A stretch of 64,000 nucleotides of DNA from the human T2T-CHM13v2.0 reference genome, Homo sapiens, in assembly GCF_009914755.1 (NCBI RefSeq), contig NC_060934.1. One strand, given 5' to 3'. Both the position numbers and the translations under genes were made by a program. A model generated the notes under the pieces. It had not been told where the DNA came from. It made no database searches and saw only the letters and a list, made by a program, of their open reading frames with translations. Positions 1 through 13,384 of the stretch are shown piece by piece (the first letter of the stretch is position 1; every line of letters begins with the position of its first letter).

Positions 1-59
1 GATGGCATCAAAACAACACACTCGCATGAATTCCCCTTGATTCCATGTCAGGTGCATTA

Positions 60-245
60 GTAAGTACGTTATCTCCTGGAACCCCGCACGAAGTGAGTGC
101 TATTATTTTTATTACCATTCTACGCAGAAGGAAATAGAGTCACCAAGAAGTCAACTGATGCCTAGGCCCAGGGTATCAGCCTTAACAACTCTAGAGCTGG
201 GATACGAGCCCAGCCCTGACTCTGCCAAGACCTGGGTTCTCTCTG
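60..245 (-). mobile_element. MIR SINE remnant
   Basis: Degenerate antisense MIR core (ttattaccattctacgcagaaggaaatagagtca...ctgggatacgagcccagccctgactc); boundaries approximate. Confidence 0.5.
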
Positions 246-435
246 TGCAGCCATGGGGTCCCAGGGAAGAGACACTGGAATGGAAACATTAGAGGTTTTA
301 GTGGCACTTAGGAGACTTCACGAAAATGACAGTGTTATGTGTGTTCAGGGCAGCATCCAAGAAGCTCCTTTACCACATATGGCACAAAAGGCCCCCTCAT
401 GGCAAGAGGAACTTAGGGCTCGTGTGATGACTCCT

Positions 436-789
436 TATATTAGTCCGTTTTCACACTGCTGATAAAAACATATCCAAGACTGGCAATTTACAAAGGAAAA
501 GGTTTAATTGGACTTACAGTTCCGCATTGCTGGGGAAGCCTCACAATCATGGTGGAAGGCAAGGTGGAGCAAGTCATGTCTTACAGGGATGGCAGCAAGC
601 AAAGAGAGAGCTTGTGCAATAGAACTCCCCCTTATAATAACCATCAGATCTCATAAGACTCACTCACTATCATGAGAGCAGCATGGGAAAGATCTGACCC
701 CATGATTCAGTCATCTCCCACTAGGTCCCTGCCACAACACGTGGGAATTCAAGATGAGATTTGGGTGAGGACACAGCCAAACCATATCA
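436..789 (-). mobile_element. THE1 (ERVL-MaLR, THE1B/C-like) solo LTR
   Basis: Ends in gatttgggtgaggacacagccaaaccatatca, the reverse complement of the THE1 5' end; begins tatattagtccgttttcacactgctgataa. 5-bp TSD ctcct (431-435) / ctccc (790-794). Confidence 0.93.
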
Positions 790-3783
790 CTCCCATACCT
801 CATACCTGTATCCCCACCTGTGGCCCTTGCCATGGAACATGGGCTCAGTGAGGGAGCCTCCATCTGGATTTGAGTTTTTTCTTGCTTCTCTCCTTTAAAA
901 ACAACTAAGTGAAGAACAGAGAAAGTGGCCAAAATTCCTACGTCCTCACGAGCTACTCAGATGAGTTGGATTAATCTGAGTTCCATCTTCCAGGTAATCC
1001 CATGGAAGCCTGACTTAGAAACACAAAATATAAAAATTGGCATGAAAACTTCATCTACACTTGATTAGCACAGCAGTCACTAATTACTGTGATTATTTTC
1101 AATGATAGAGTCATGATACAAAGCAATGATTTTATTTTATATAAATAAATCCTCTAGGTGCAAAGTAACAATGTTTGGTCCGTTTTATGAATTTCTTAAA
1201 AGCAAATAAAATAAGGATAACCAAGTAGTTAAGAGAAGATCCTTGGAAATTTGACCCAGCCTTCTCCAGTAATTATTCTAATTATTCTTCTATTATATAG
1301 GCCAAGAGCCAAAGGTTCCCAAGTGCGTAGGAAGTTAATAGCAGACTTGAAGTGAGAAGGGGAGGGCAAGCTAGCATATGTTCATTAAAGTCTGCTTTCA
1401 CTTAAGGGTTTTGCATCAAGGAGGCTGCAGGCACCAATAATTTATCTTGAAGTCTATTTACTCAGTGCAACAGGGAAATAATAAATTGTCCTAATTTTCC
1501 TTCCTGGCCCCAGAAGAGGCTGCCTCTTGCCTTCCCTTCCAGCGACCCCACTGGGGTCAGTCTGTTGCCCAGGCACTGAGTGAGCCCCCAAATGCACTTG
1601 GAGGAAACGTTTCCAGTGGTGCCCCGTGGCCTCCAGCCAGCTGTGTTAGCATTCTTCAGCCAAGGTGTGTACTCCTGAGGGGGCTGCTGGTGGTTGGTGG
1701 GTGGGACAGCTGTTAAAAGAGGCTCAGGAGACCAGGGCCGTGAATGGGACTCACACAGGCCCACCATGCCCTGGAGTGCCCAAGCCAGGAGGCAGCATCT
1801 CTTCCGCTGCCCACAGACTCCTTTGAGCCATAATCCACACAGGCGCCTGGCCCTTTGGAAGGTCATCCCAAGAAAAACCTTGCACCAGCAAGTTCTTATT
1901 GAATGCCTGCTCCAAAACACAAAGCTGGGTTCTTGGGTCACATGGCTAAGCCCCATCAGACACAGGGCCAAGATCATTGTGGGCAGAAATAAACCAAGAC
2001 CTGCCTTGCTGTTTCCTTGTAAGTTCCAACATCTTCAGAGCATCAGTCAGTTTTAGCAGTGTCATTCTGAAGGCACTCCAAAGCCACCGCTGACTGCATC
2101 TTATAGAAATTCCCATGCTGCCTGTTCCCCTTGGGTGGTTCTCTGGGAGGTTCTGGGTAAAAGGCAAGAACATCCCTGGAAAGGTTAATGCAATGACCCC
2201 TTGGTGCCTCAACAGCATGAATTAGCCCCAGATTCTTTACCTGCTACCAAAGCTAGCCCAGAGGAAGAGGAACAGAGAGCGGACAAGCTTTGATAGGAAT
2301 TGTGGGGGACAAAAGAAAGGTGAAGACTGACTGGGGTGAGCCAGGATGTGGCACAAGTCAGGGACCACGAAAAGGCATTGCTCCACCCAGACCCGTACCC
2401 CAACACAGCCACACCCAGTGAGAAGCCATTTAGTTACTGAAAGCCGTGACCCAGCAGTTCAGCCAGGCTGCCCACCAAACATGGCCTGCGGGCTGCAGAC
2501 TGGAGAGCCTGGTCCTGATCACCATGAGGTGCCACTGCTGTATTCATTAGGGGCCATCCAGAGCCTTCCCAGCAAACAGCAGGCTTTGTTCCTGGACACA
2601 AATGATTTTCCCATGCAGAAAGCCACATGCCCCAAATCCAGCCTGCGGCCAATGCAGGCTGGCCAGGCAGTTGCAACAGGGTCCCAAGTCAAGGGATTTC
2701 TCAGCATATCTCTTTACATGGATGGTTTTTGAAATGTTTATCTTCTTGGGTAAGACAACAAGGAGCAAGGGAAATGCCTGGGAGAGGGACAATGAGAGGG
2801 GCTACGGGGGGTCTCAGTGAGAAGCTGGGAGGAATAAGTAGCTCTCATCACAGGTGCACCTGCGTGCGGAAGGATTACCTGTGATGAGGGCTGCATCCCT
2901 TTACAGAGGCAACTTCCATTTTCCAGAGTCCAGTAGACCAAAGGAAGAATGGAATCTGCATCAGCTATTCTTTCCTGAACACAGACCCTAGAATATATTT
3001 TTTCTAGAAGTTTTTATATCATAGTATCAAGAGTCATGGTTTTCTGACTCAAATATGTGCAAACATTTCTTCCATTGGAGTTCTTTAGTTGTCTGTGTTT
3101 GGGAGTCAGCGGGCAATGGGAGGGGTCTGAGGAGAACAGCCAGCCCCACATCCCTGGCACAGCTGGTCCCAGCGCCTGGGAAGACCATCATGGTGACAGG
3201 GTGAGGGCATCAGTACCAGCCCAGGGTGGTCGCAGGGAGGCAGCCTCGGTCCCTGACCCAAGGCTTTCCTGTGCCATGCAACTGGTCAAGTTTTGTGTTT
3301 TTTCCCTGCATTGGTAGGCTCTGTTGATCACTTGGGATTTGCAAGTCCAGATAAACCAGGGGGCTGGTCTAGCAGGGCGAAAGCATGGCTCTCCCTCCGC
3401 CTGACAGCTCCACTTCATCCCCAGCCTCAGACACTGAGACTCACATTTATTCATTTTGAGCAATGCGTTGTACAGACGGCCTGTCCGCACCAGCCCTGCC
3501 CGAAATGTCTTCTTTAATCAAAATTCTGCTCCAAACGACCCAGCTGATCAAGTGAAGCGGCCTTTCCACAGACTATTGACGATCTGTCTCAAGCATTATC
3601 TCATAAGTTTCCTTTTATTTTCTCTCCCAACCCAGATAGTCTTCGCTTTGAACCATAGCTGCTGGACAAATTTGGATTTGATACAACCTGCACACTTTCT
3701 ACCTACCTCCCGGCTCTTTTTGCATTATTCAAAAGCAACAGGAAAACTTAAAATTCAGAAGAAAACATATTTAAATGACTCAC

Positions 3784-3955
3784 CTCTTCCCTGAGTATGA
3801 CTTATGAGGTCCACAGGGAAATGGATATTATTTCTTGAGGCAGCTGGCCTTGGAGACTGAAGCAGTCAGGAACAGATCTATAAGCTGGGGGAAGGCAGAA
3901 GTCTCATGTTAGGGATAAGCATCCCTGGATGGATCTTCATGGACACAAGTCTTGT
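3784..3955 (-). other. Candidate non-coding exon (172 nt)
   Basis: Minus-strand acceptor ttttactttcctttatcttcacAG (AG at 3957-3956) and donor GAG|GTGAGT (3783-3778). Motif evidence only. Confidence 0.3.
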
Positions 3956-6900
3956 CTGTGAAGATAAAGGAAAGTAAAATCACTTATGCAAAAGTAGATA
4001 TTTGTGACAGACTCCTGGATGGACCTCAACAAATAGGTCTAATCCTCCTAGCTTTCACCCCATGAATTGTTATATTTAGTTTATCCAGATGGATTTTGGA
4101 GCTAGTCTTAGCACGTGGTACACACTCAGTAAATGCTTATTAATGAACCAATGGACTGACAGTTTTCTCTTCTGAAAAATGCAGAAGGTCCTGGCTGGTC
4201 TTTAAAGGTCCTGGTAAGTTGAAATCGTGGGGATTCTGATTTACAAAAATAAGAGGTTGGGGGCAGAGGAGAGGCATAAGCACCTCTACAGCCAGCCTGA
4301 GCAAAGAGAGAGGCAGCCCTGCTCTCCAGAGAGTGGACTGATATCCACCTTCTCCTGCAGCCTTGGCGGGAGGGGCGGTGCAGGAAAGTGGCGGGGAGGC
4401 AGCACAGGTGAGACTTGGCAATCAACCAGAAGGAAAAGAACATCAGGAAGGAGGTAAGGAAGCAAAGACAGCAATCACCCATAGCCTAACAGTGGCCCAG
4501 GGCAAATGGAGCAGACAATAGGGAAGTCATTTGTCCAGGATCCTAGGGATTTCCACGAAGTCAGCATTACCCACACTGCCTACATTTCTTCATCAAAGAG
4601 GGGAGCAAGATCATGTGGGCTCATTTCTGTCTCCATGATGAGTGCAGATTTGAAGGGGAGATACAAGATGTGAACATTGGAAGCAACCACCATAGGATTC
4701 ATTACATCAATCATGGATGCTTTACTTGTAATTGTTCCGCAAAAAAAGGGATGTAACTAGGAGCGCGTTAGACCAGTGGTTTTTGTGGTAACCCTCATCA
4801 AATTGGAGCGAAAATGCTTCCAAGGCTGTTTATGCATCTCTTCATTTGTATTCCATCTCATTTCAAGGAGGAATTTGAGAACCTCAAACGCACAGGACCA
4901 GAGACGATGCTCAAATGCAAAGTTATCAAAATACGCTCCTACATAGTGAGAGAGTTGTGATAGGGGAAATCGTCCGCTTTTCTGCCTGCACCCTCTGGGC
5001 GGAATGTACATGAATTTTAACTTGTGATAAAGTTGAACAATGTTTTCATAATAAGTGTAACCATTTCATGGGGTGACGGAGCAGCGCTGCTGATAAGTGG
5101 ACTTCAACTTGGGCTGCATACTAAGTTTCTTTGACATAAAAGAAGGAAAGTAATGTGTCCAGTGAGCTAAGCACACTATTTAGATAATACTTATCACACC
5201 GGTTATGAGAAGCATATCAATGTATGATTCCTGACTGACATCGTAGCTATGTTTGTTTTTCTAAAGCTGAAATACTGAAAATCTTAGCAAAAGAATGGAA
5301 AAGATCACTGACAAAAACTAATGTGTACCTTCACTCATTCCTCTAATATAGTATTTATGTTAAATAGTATTCCTCTAACATAGTATTTATTTACTGAACA
5401 TCTATACAGACAAGGCCTGTGCCATTACAACATTTCATGTGTCATAAAAATGAAAGGCACATTTTTAAAGTATACTATGAAAAATCCATGTGGGCAAGTA
5501 TTGTAGTGTTATCACTGAATTTCGGAAGTACAATGTTAGTAGGTGATTTAAATTCATTTCTTTTCACTTTTTTAGACTTTCTAAAATGTTCCATTATTTT
5601 AGACCTAGAAAAAAATCCATTTAACAGTACAATGTGATAGGCTCTCTATAAAAAACACATGAACGGAGTGTATTAGTGAAGCTCAGAAAGCAGCAGGTCA
5701 TTCAGTCTGAGAACATTAAAGTCCCCCCAGGTAAAAGCGATGCTTTAGGGATCCTTCCTCATTCCTAATAGAGAACCCAATCAGACATTGGGTTTAATTT
5801 TTAAGAGTCTGCCTATTACAAATAAAGTTTCCATTACCTAAGCATGGAAATGATTCTTCAAGGAGGCTCTACTAATTGCTTTCCAAGATATGCTGTCCAC
5901 GGAACACTCCACCTGCCCTCAAAAGCAGTGCTGTTTTTAAGGGTAGGGTGGAGAGCAAGAACACAGCAGTTTCCTATACAGCCTCCACATCCACCTTGAC
6001 CCATTTCAAAATGGTGCCGCTACTTTGCACCATGCTGAATCGAATTGCACGTCTTATCCCATTTCTTCTATCTCAGCTGCATTCAGGATGAGAAAAAGCC
6101 CTCGGTTGCCTTCCCTCCCCAGTGGGAAATATTTTCTGCCACAAAAGAAGGTGGAAGTGAGTAAATGTCATAATAAACACAAACCACACCACCTGGTCAC
6201 CAGGGCTGGCCACAAGAAAGACAGAGAGCGGTGCAGCCACTGATCAATACTCCCCAAGATGAAGCCATCTGTCTTTTGCGGCACTTCTTTTGGGGAAACC
6301 CTGCAGAAATCCAAGGATGGAATTAGAAATGAAACATTATCATCTTCTTTACCGGTGAAGTTAAGAATGTGTGTTAGTTTGTATATAAGCACACTGAAGC
6401 AAGACTTTTCTTTACATTTCTCTATTTTTTCCCCCATTCTTCATCTTCTATGCTTGATCTGTAGTAGGAGATGTTCAAACATAGATGAGGAAGAGCATCT
6501 CCCAAGAGTATCAGTAATTCTTCTACTAACTAGCAGAGTCAGAGCTCAACTTGGATTGGAGGTACGTCAGAGCCCTACCCTTAACCTCAGGCCTCCAGCT
6601 AGTTCCTGGCAAGACTGTGCTGATCTTAGGTGGCTTTGCCCACCTGAAGTGCAGGGGACTCATCTGCTCTGTCTCCCGTCCAGTGCATGGGGACTGGAAA
6701 TGTCCTGGAGGCCAGCAGCAGCTTCTCACACTTCCCTGTAATGAAGGGGTTATTTGGACATTGTCCCAGGAGATCACACATAGCAGGAGAGCAGAGGCAG
6801 TTTATCAAGTCCATGAGGAAAAGTGCAGTCATAAACCTGTGCCACTCCTCACCTACAGTGTCCTTTCAGGAATAGACGGTCAAAGTATTGAGTGTTGTTC

Positions 6901-8269
6901 AGATTTTATCTCCAAGGCTTAAGGAACGCCTGAAGAACTTTGAATGAGAGGCATGTGGGGAGGACTGATGGGTAAATACTGAGTTTCCTCGTTTTTTTCT
7001 CCTGGTATCAATTGCTAGTTTTGCTGATCCCTGCTTCCCAGAGCTTGTCCGCAAAAGATAATGACGGCCATTCTCCTAGTCTCATCCCAGTAACCTTGTC
7101 AGGGAGACCTTCTCGGCCCTCCTGCCAGAGACATGACAGTGCACACCACAGTGGCTGCCAGTGAGTCACAGCCCCCTATCCGGCGCCCCGCACTTAGGGC
7201 TATACAAGCACTGTGTGTGCTGATGATTCTGAGTTCACATGTATCATAACAAGGATAGGCAAGATGGAAACATCCTTATTTAGGGCACAAATAACTGCCA
7301 CAAGCGCAGTGCAGAGTTAGAGAGCTCAGAATATATTTTCATCCATTTAATAATTATCCTCCTTGTGTGTGTTGTCTGGGAGGGCTGAGCGATCACCTAA
7401 CCACTCTGTTGGTAGGAGACGTGGGATCTTCCCCACACTTTATTCCAACCATCAGTCTATCTGCTTAGGCATTAAACTGGGCAATTAGGGTTGCTGAGCA
7501 ACCATAACTTTTGCATATGTGCCTCCTGTGGTTTTGTATGACAACCACAATGTTATGATAACAGGATTTTTTTTCCAACCAAGATCCTTCTTTATATGTA
7601 AATTTATGCTAGAATTGTGTATTTAAAAATTAGTTTTTATGAGTAATGAGCCTCAGGTTTGGCTGTGCTTCCCTCCTCCTCTACCAGGTTTATAAAATCA
7701 AGTTCAGAAGTTCTGGGATCACAGAGATGGTGTAAAACAAGGTGCAGGCACTGACTTCCAAGGCAGCAGTTCACTCCTGGGGACATACTCAGGACAACAC
7801 AGACATCTGACTCCTGCTCATGTGCAAGGAATCATTCACTCAGGGCACCCGAGCTGTAGGTGCTCTGGGCCCTGCCTCAGCACTGTCACTGGGAGGGACA
7901 GGAGGTTGGGGCTGGGGTGGGGGTCCTGCTTCCACTTTGCTCCTCTCCATGGCCCTTATCCAGGCAGCTAACATTTTCCAAGTGCCTCCTCGGTGTTGGG
8001 AAAGAGGAAATATCCAGGCATAGTTACCTCTCAGACCCAACTCCACTCTGCTCTCTGGGGACATAAGATCTCCAGGGAAGATGCCTAAATAACCCCCTTT
8101 ATTCTGGGCAGTGTGAGAAACTCCCACTGGTCTCCAGGAGGTTTCTAGCCACTATAGACTAGAATAGAGAGGAAGTGTGTTCTCTGCAGTCAGGCAGGCT
8201 GAGCCACCCAAGATCAGCACAATCCTACTGTGAACTGGCAGGTCTGGGGTTAAATAGGGCTCTGATAGC

Positions 8270-8430
8270 TTCCAACCCAAGTCCAGATCTGGCTCTGCCA
8301 GTTACTACAAGAATTACTGCTGCTCTCAAAACCTGCACTTCCGTGTTTAGAAAAGGACGACTGTCATCATCCTACCCACCTCTCAGGGTGGTTGTGACAT
8401 TAGAGAAGGTGCGTGGAACACAGCAGTCTC
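8270..8430 (+). mobile_element. MIR SINE remnant
   Basis: ctggctctgccagttact...cctacccacctctcagggtggttgtgacattag resembles the MIR consensus. Confidence 0.5.
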
Positions 8431-11400
8431 TGTCTCTTCCGAATTTCCTTCTTCTGAACTTCATTCGCTTGGGGGATAGAGAACATGGATGGGCTGTAAC
8501 ACTTATTGTAAATACTTGCTAAGTGTTTCCAGGTTTTGGGGGGAATGCAAATCTTTCAAGTGAAAAATAAATAGCTAAAATGAAGATAGCATGTTTACAG
8601 AGGAAAAAAAACACGTTTAAGTCATCCTGTATTACTTGGCTCCACTGTTTTCCTTTGCTGTATTATTTGACTGCACCGGTGAGGGAAGGGAGAGAGGAGA
8701 GGGACCCACACCCAGTTGGGAGGATTTGGTCAGAGAACTGCTCATAAATATTGATGAGCACGTCGGCTTCACATTAACATTTGTTGAAATGTTTCATGGG
8801 CTTGAACCGGTTTCCCAGATTAAGAAAATCCCGTCCACACCCACACACACTCCTTATTTTCTCTCCAAACTTTGGTTTGTGTTCCATAGACACAGACATA
8901 GAACAGCTTTGAAATTGACCTTTTCTTTTTATCTTTATTCTCTTCTCTGTTGCCTCTGTTGTTCCAGTGACTTCAGAGACAACCTGGTAGAGAAATGCAA
9001 GGATTAGGCCTCACCGAAATCCAAGGATAGCAAAATATACAGGTTTCTTATGTCAAATTTTATCATCTGCACCTAATTATCAAAGTTCAGGATTACCATT
9101 TGGAGGGAATTGTTCAAAAACATCTGCTCTTCAAAACATAAGCATTGCTAAAATTTCCCTCTCCCAGAATTTCCAAGGCAAGCCTTTCACAAAACATAAG
9201 AAAATGGAGAGATTTCTCTTTCCTTGGTGGTGGAGGAGCTGGAGAGGGATTGGATCAATTAGGCTTGTCTGTCTCTTGCCTGTTGTCGGCAACCATCCCC
9301 AGCACCAGGGCTGACACAGCCCAGCCTCGCCTTGGACATTCGGCTGTTGAAACTGTTGGTGACAAACACAAAATTCCAAAGAAAACCAAATCAAAGTCTT
9401 CTGATTGAAAAGATGTGTGGGCGACTCGCTAAGGGTTTCGAGTTCTGACCTATGCAAATGTTATTTAAAGAGGCAATAACAACTGAAACAGACGCAGAGG
9501 AATCAAGCATCTGCCTTGGGACTTGGAGATGGGAATGATCAGTGGAAAAGGAAAGCCAAACTGATACAGGCAGAAAAGGCAGGAGATTCAAAGACGGAGA
9601 ATGAGCCCATTTCTACCAGATCACATGTCAGTCATGACTGAGGGTCTGGACCTGGCATCTTTTTAAGAGACAAGAAAGTCAGGGCTCACCAATAGCTGCA
9701 GAAGGAATTCCCATCTCAGCAGAGGTGCTTTTCTCAAGAAAGACAAGAGCAGCCAGTGAAGCCAGGCCTCCCTAAGCCTGAGTAGCTACCTGGGCAACTC
9801 AGCCTGAATCTGTTAGGTCCTGGAAGGACTTCCCACAGCATGTGATAACAAGATGTGTGCCAAAACAAAGGAAGGAAAAGGTACTCAACAGACATGGCAA
9901 TGCCTGCCCCCCAGATTGACCTGAAATTGGTGGTTCAGTCTTCTGGGGGCAAATTGCTTGAAGCTGCATCTCTTTAGACAAAGGAAAGGTCTAGTCTCAG
10001 AAGTGGTAGGATCGTTTGTTGAAAGCAGACCAGTTTCTCACAGCAGGTCCCCTATCAGAGGATGGAGACTCCTAGAGTCAGCTGCAAACTCAGACACCAG
10101 AAAGGGCTTTTGATGTCTGAACGCTACAAGGGTTCAACAAGCCCATGCCTAAGCAGCCCAAGCCCCAGGTGACCAACAAGGATGATCAACCTTGCTTGGC
10201 ACTGCTCTCTCTTCATTCCACTGGCACAATGTGACCACTGCTGGGACATACTTTAAGAATCACTTTAAGATTGCACATTAATTATCTAAATTGCTAAATA
10301 CCTATGTGGGCTTTTAGATTTATTTGAGTAAGCTATGTCTGCTTCCATTTCACAAGGGAAGAAAATCTGGATGATGCAAAAGAGTTTTTTTTAAATTTAT
10401 TTTTTATTTTATTTTTTTTTTTAAGGAGGGATTTTTGAGTCCCAACTCTTAACTCTTAGTTGTGGACAGTACAGAGAAGTTAATATTTCCTTTGTTTGCC
10501 AACACTAACACATGGCTGAGTCTGGACTGAGTTCTTACCTGGTCTCTGGGGGTTCAGGCTGGGCTGCCTCCGTAACGGAAAGACTCAGCTTATCAGTGGG
10601 TCCAGTGGCTTTCTGGAGATGGCTGACCTGCCCAGAGTTGTACATGGCATGTCTCCCGTGCATGTGTGTGAACCAATCCAGACCTAAGTGCTCTGTCCCC
10701 CCACCAAAATAATGCACAATCCTGTCCACAGCCTCATACTGGTGTCACACAAGGAAAACCTCCAATAACCAACCAAGGGATGCAATAACATACTTTTCAA
10801 ACAGTTCAGAAGAGTTTTACAACAGTTTTCATCTATAAAGATTAAATCCTCTAGGACACCAACCTCTTTTTTCTGGTCCCTCATTGATTTTCCTATCCAC
10901 TGAAGATGGTGTTATTTGACTGCTGCGGGAAGAACAGCAAAGCTCAAACATGGTACTTGGTCAGAAGACCATTTTCTCCTCTCTAAAGAACAGGTTAAGC
11001 CGGCAGAGATAGCGTCTCCTAATTTGCTTACAGTTTCTATAATATTAGACATTTCCACTGGCAAAAGTTGACTTTCCGTCAAAATCCAATCCCCGTGACA
11101 TCAATTTGCTTCTACAAACAATTATCTTAAATAACCTACACTTGTACATAGCATTTCTGCGGGAGATGATCAAATACTCCAAGGTTTTTTCCCCCAATAT
11201 TTTCATCCCTTGTTGGTCATAGACTTAAAAGCTTGAAATAGAATTTCGTCGTCTACCAATTTTTTCCCATTTATGTTCAGGAAATATTGATTTTTTTTTA
11301 AACTGGAGTTTTAATGGACCTTGAAATTAACATGGCTTTTATTTCTTTGCTATAACACCATCATCATTGATGATGTCACTATGTCTCCCAGAAAAATCAC

Positions 11401-11517
11401 TGGCCAATGGCTGGCATTTAGAGTCTAAGCACTAGGGAGAAATCAACATTACCGTATTTGCTCATACGTGGTTCCTCTTACCCTAAAGGAATTATCCTGT
11501 TTCAAAGAAATAGTTGG

Positions 11518-12200
<683 letters not shown>

Positions 12201-13311
12201 GTCACTATCTGTTTCCAGCACATTCCATACACAGCTTATCAGACTTCACATGCACTTAGAGGATGCTGAATGGGTGGCCCTCTCTGGATGATGATGGGAA
12301 ATAGGTGGAGGCAAAGTCCAGGACAGACACTGCACCCGAGCAGAACCAGCAGAGTCAATCGCTCCCAGCCCCAGGCAGAAGGCACAGTGTGGAGGGGCCG
12401 AGGGCTGTGGGAAGCTGACTGCCAAGAGTGGGCGACTCGAGGTCTCCCACCGTGGTTCTTAAGGCCATAGGCCTGTGGGGAGAAGGAGAGAGCCTTCTGC
12501 TGGTCAGGACGGGAGGGCAGGGCCTAGTGGAGGAGTCTGTAGCTGCAGGACTCAAGAAGGAAAGGAAGAAAATCCAGGGAAGATGCTGGAGGGAGCCCAC
12601 GTTCCATGGACAAAAGCCAACCTCTTTACCTCACCAGAAAGCCCTCCCTGGACCAGGGTCTGCTGTTTCCACCTCCTCAGTCTCCACTCCCCGCTGTGCC
12701 AGGTCCCACCTCTGACTCCCTTGCAGCTCCCTAGGCCTGCTGTATTTTCTTTCCTTAGATGTCTAGAGACTCTGCCAGATCACTCTCCCTGTATCCTGAC
12801 CATGCCATCCTCACCCACCCCCAACCTGCCAGGCCAACCCTATGCAGCTTCAGGTCCCTGCTTCCACGTACCTCCTCCTTGACCAGCCCACCACACACCG
12901 ACCCCACCATGTCTTGGATGCGGACCCATCTGCACGCAGGCAGAGTCCCCTTGAAGCTGTCCTACCATCCAGACCCCTGAAAGGGCCTGGTCCGTCTTCA
13001 CTGATACATAGGGACAGGCTGTGTCTGAGCAAACAAAGGAATGAACAGACAAGGCAGGCATGGAGATGGGGCAGCTGGCTGGGAGCTTCCAGTGGAATTA
13101 GCAGCAAGAGAAGCCACCATTGCCGGAGAGCACAGAGTCCCCAGGCCCCGCTGGAGCAGGAGGTGAGCTTGCATCCCCAGGCATGCTCCTCATCATCCAC
13201 TCAAGCCCTCAGGCCCTGGCCTACTGGTCTGGCCTCCTAACTAGAGGGCCCCAGAGTCCAGGGCACCCAGCCTCAGGCTTCCTGCTTGGAGAAGATGGAG
13301 CCCAGGCAAAG

Positions 13312-13384
13312 CAGGAGCACAGAGGTTTCAGTGTGTGAGTGTCAGGAGCACAGAGGTTTCAGTGTGTGAGTGTCAGAAGCACAG
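13312..13384 (+). repeat. 31-bp tandem duplication (about 2.3 copies)
   Basis: caggagcacagaggtttcagtgtgtgagtgt occurs at 13312 and 13343 (identical), with a partial third copy cagaagcacag at 13374. Confidence 0.95.
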
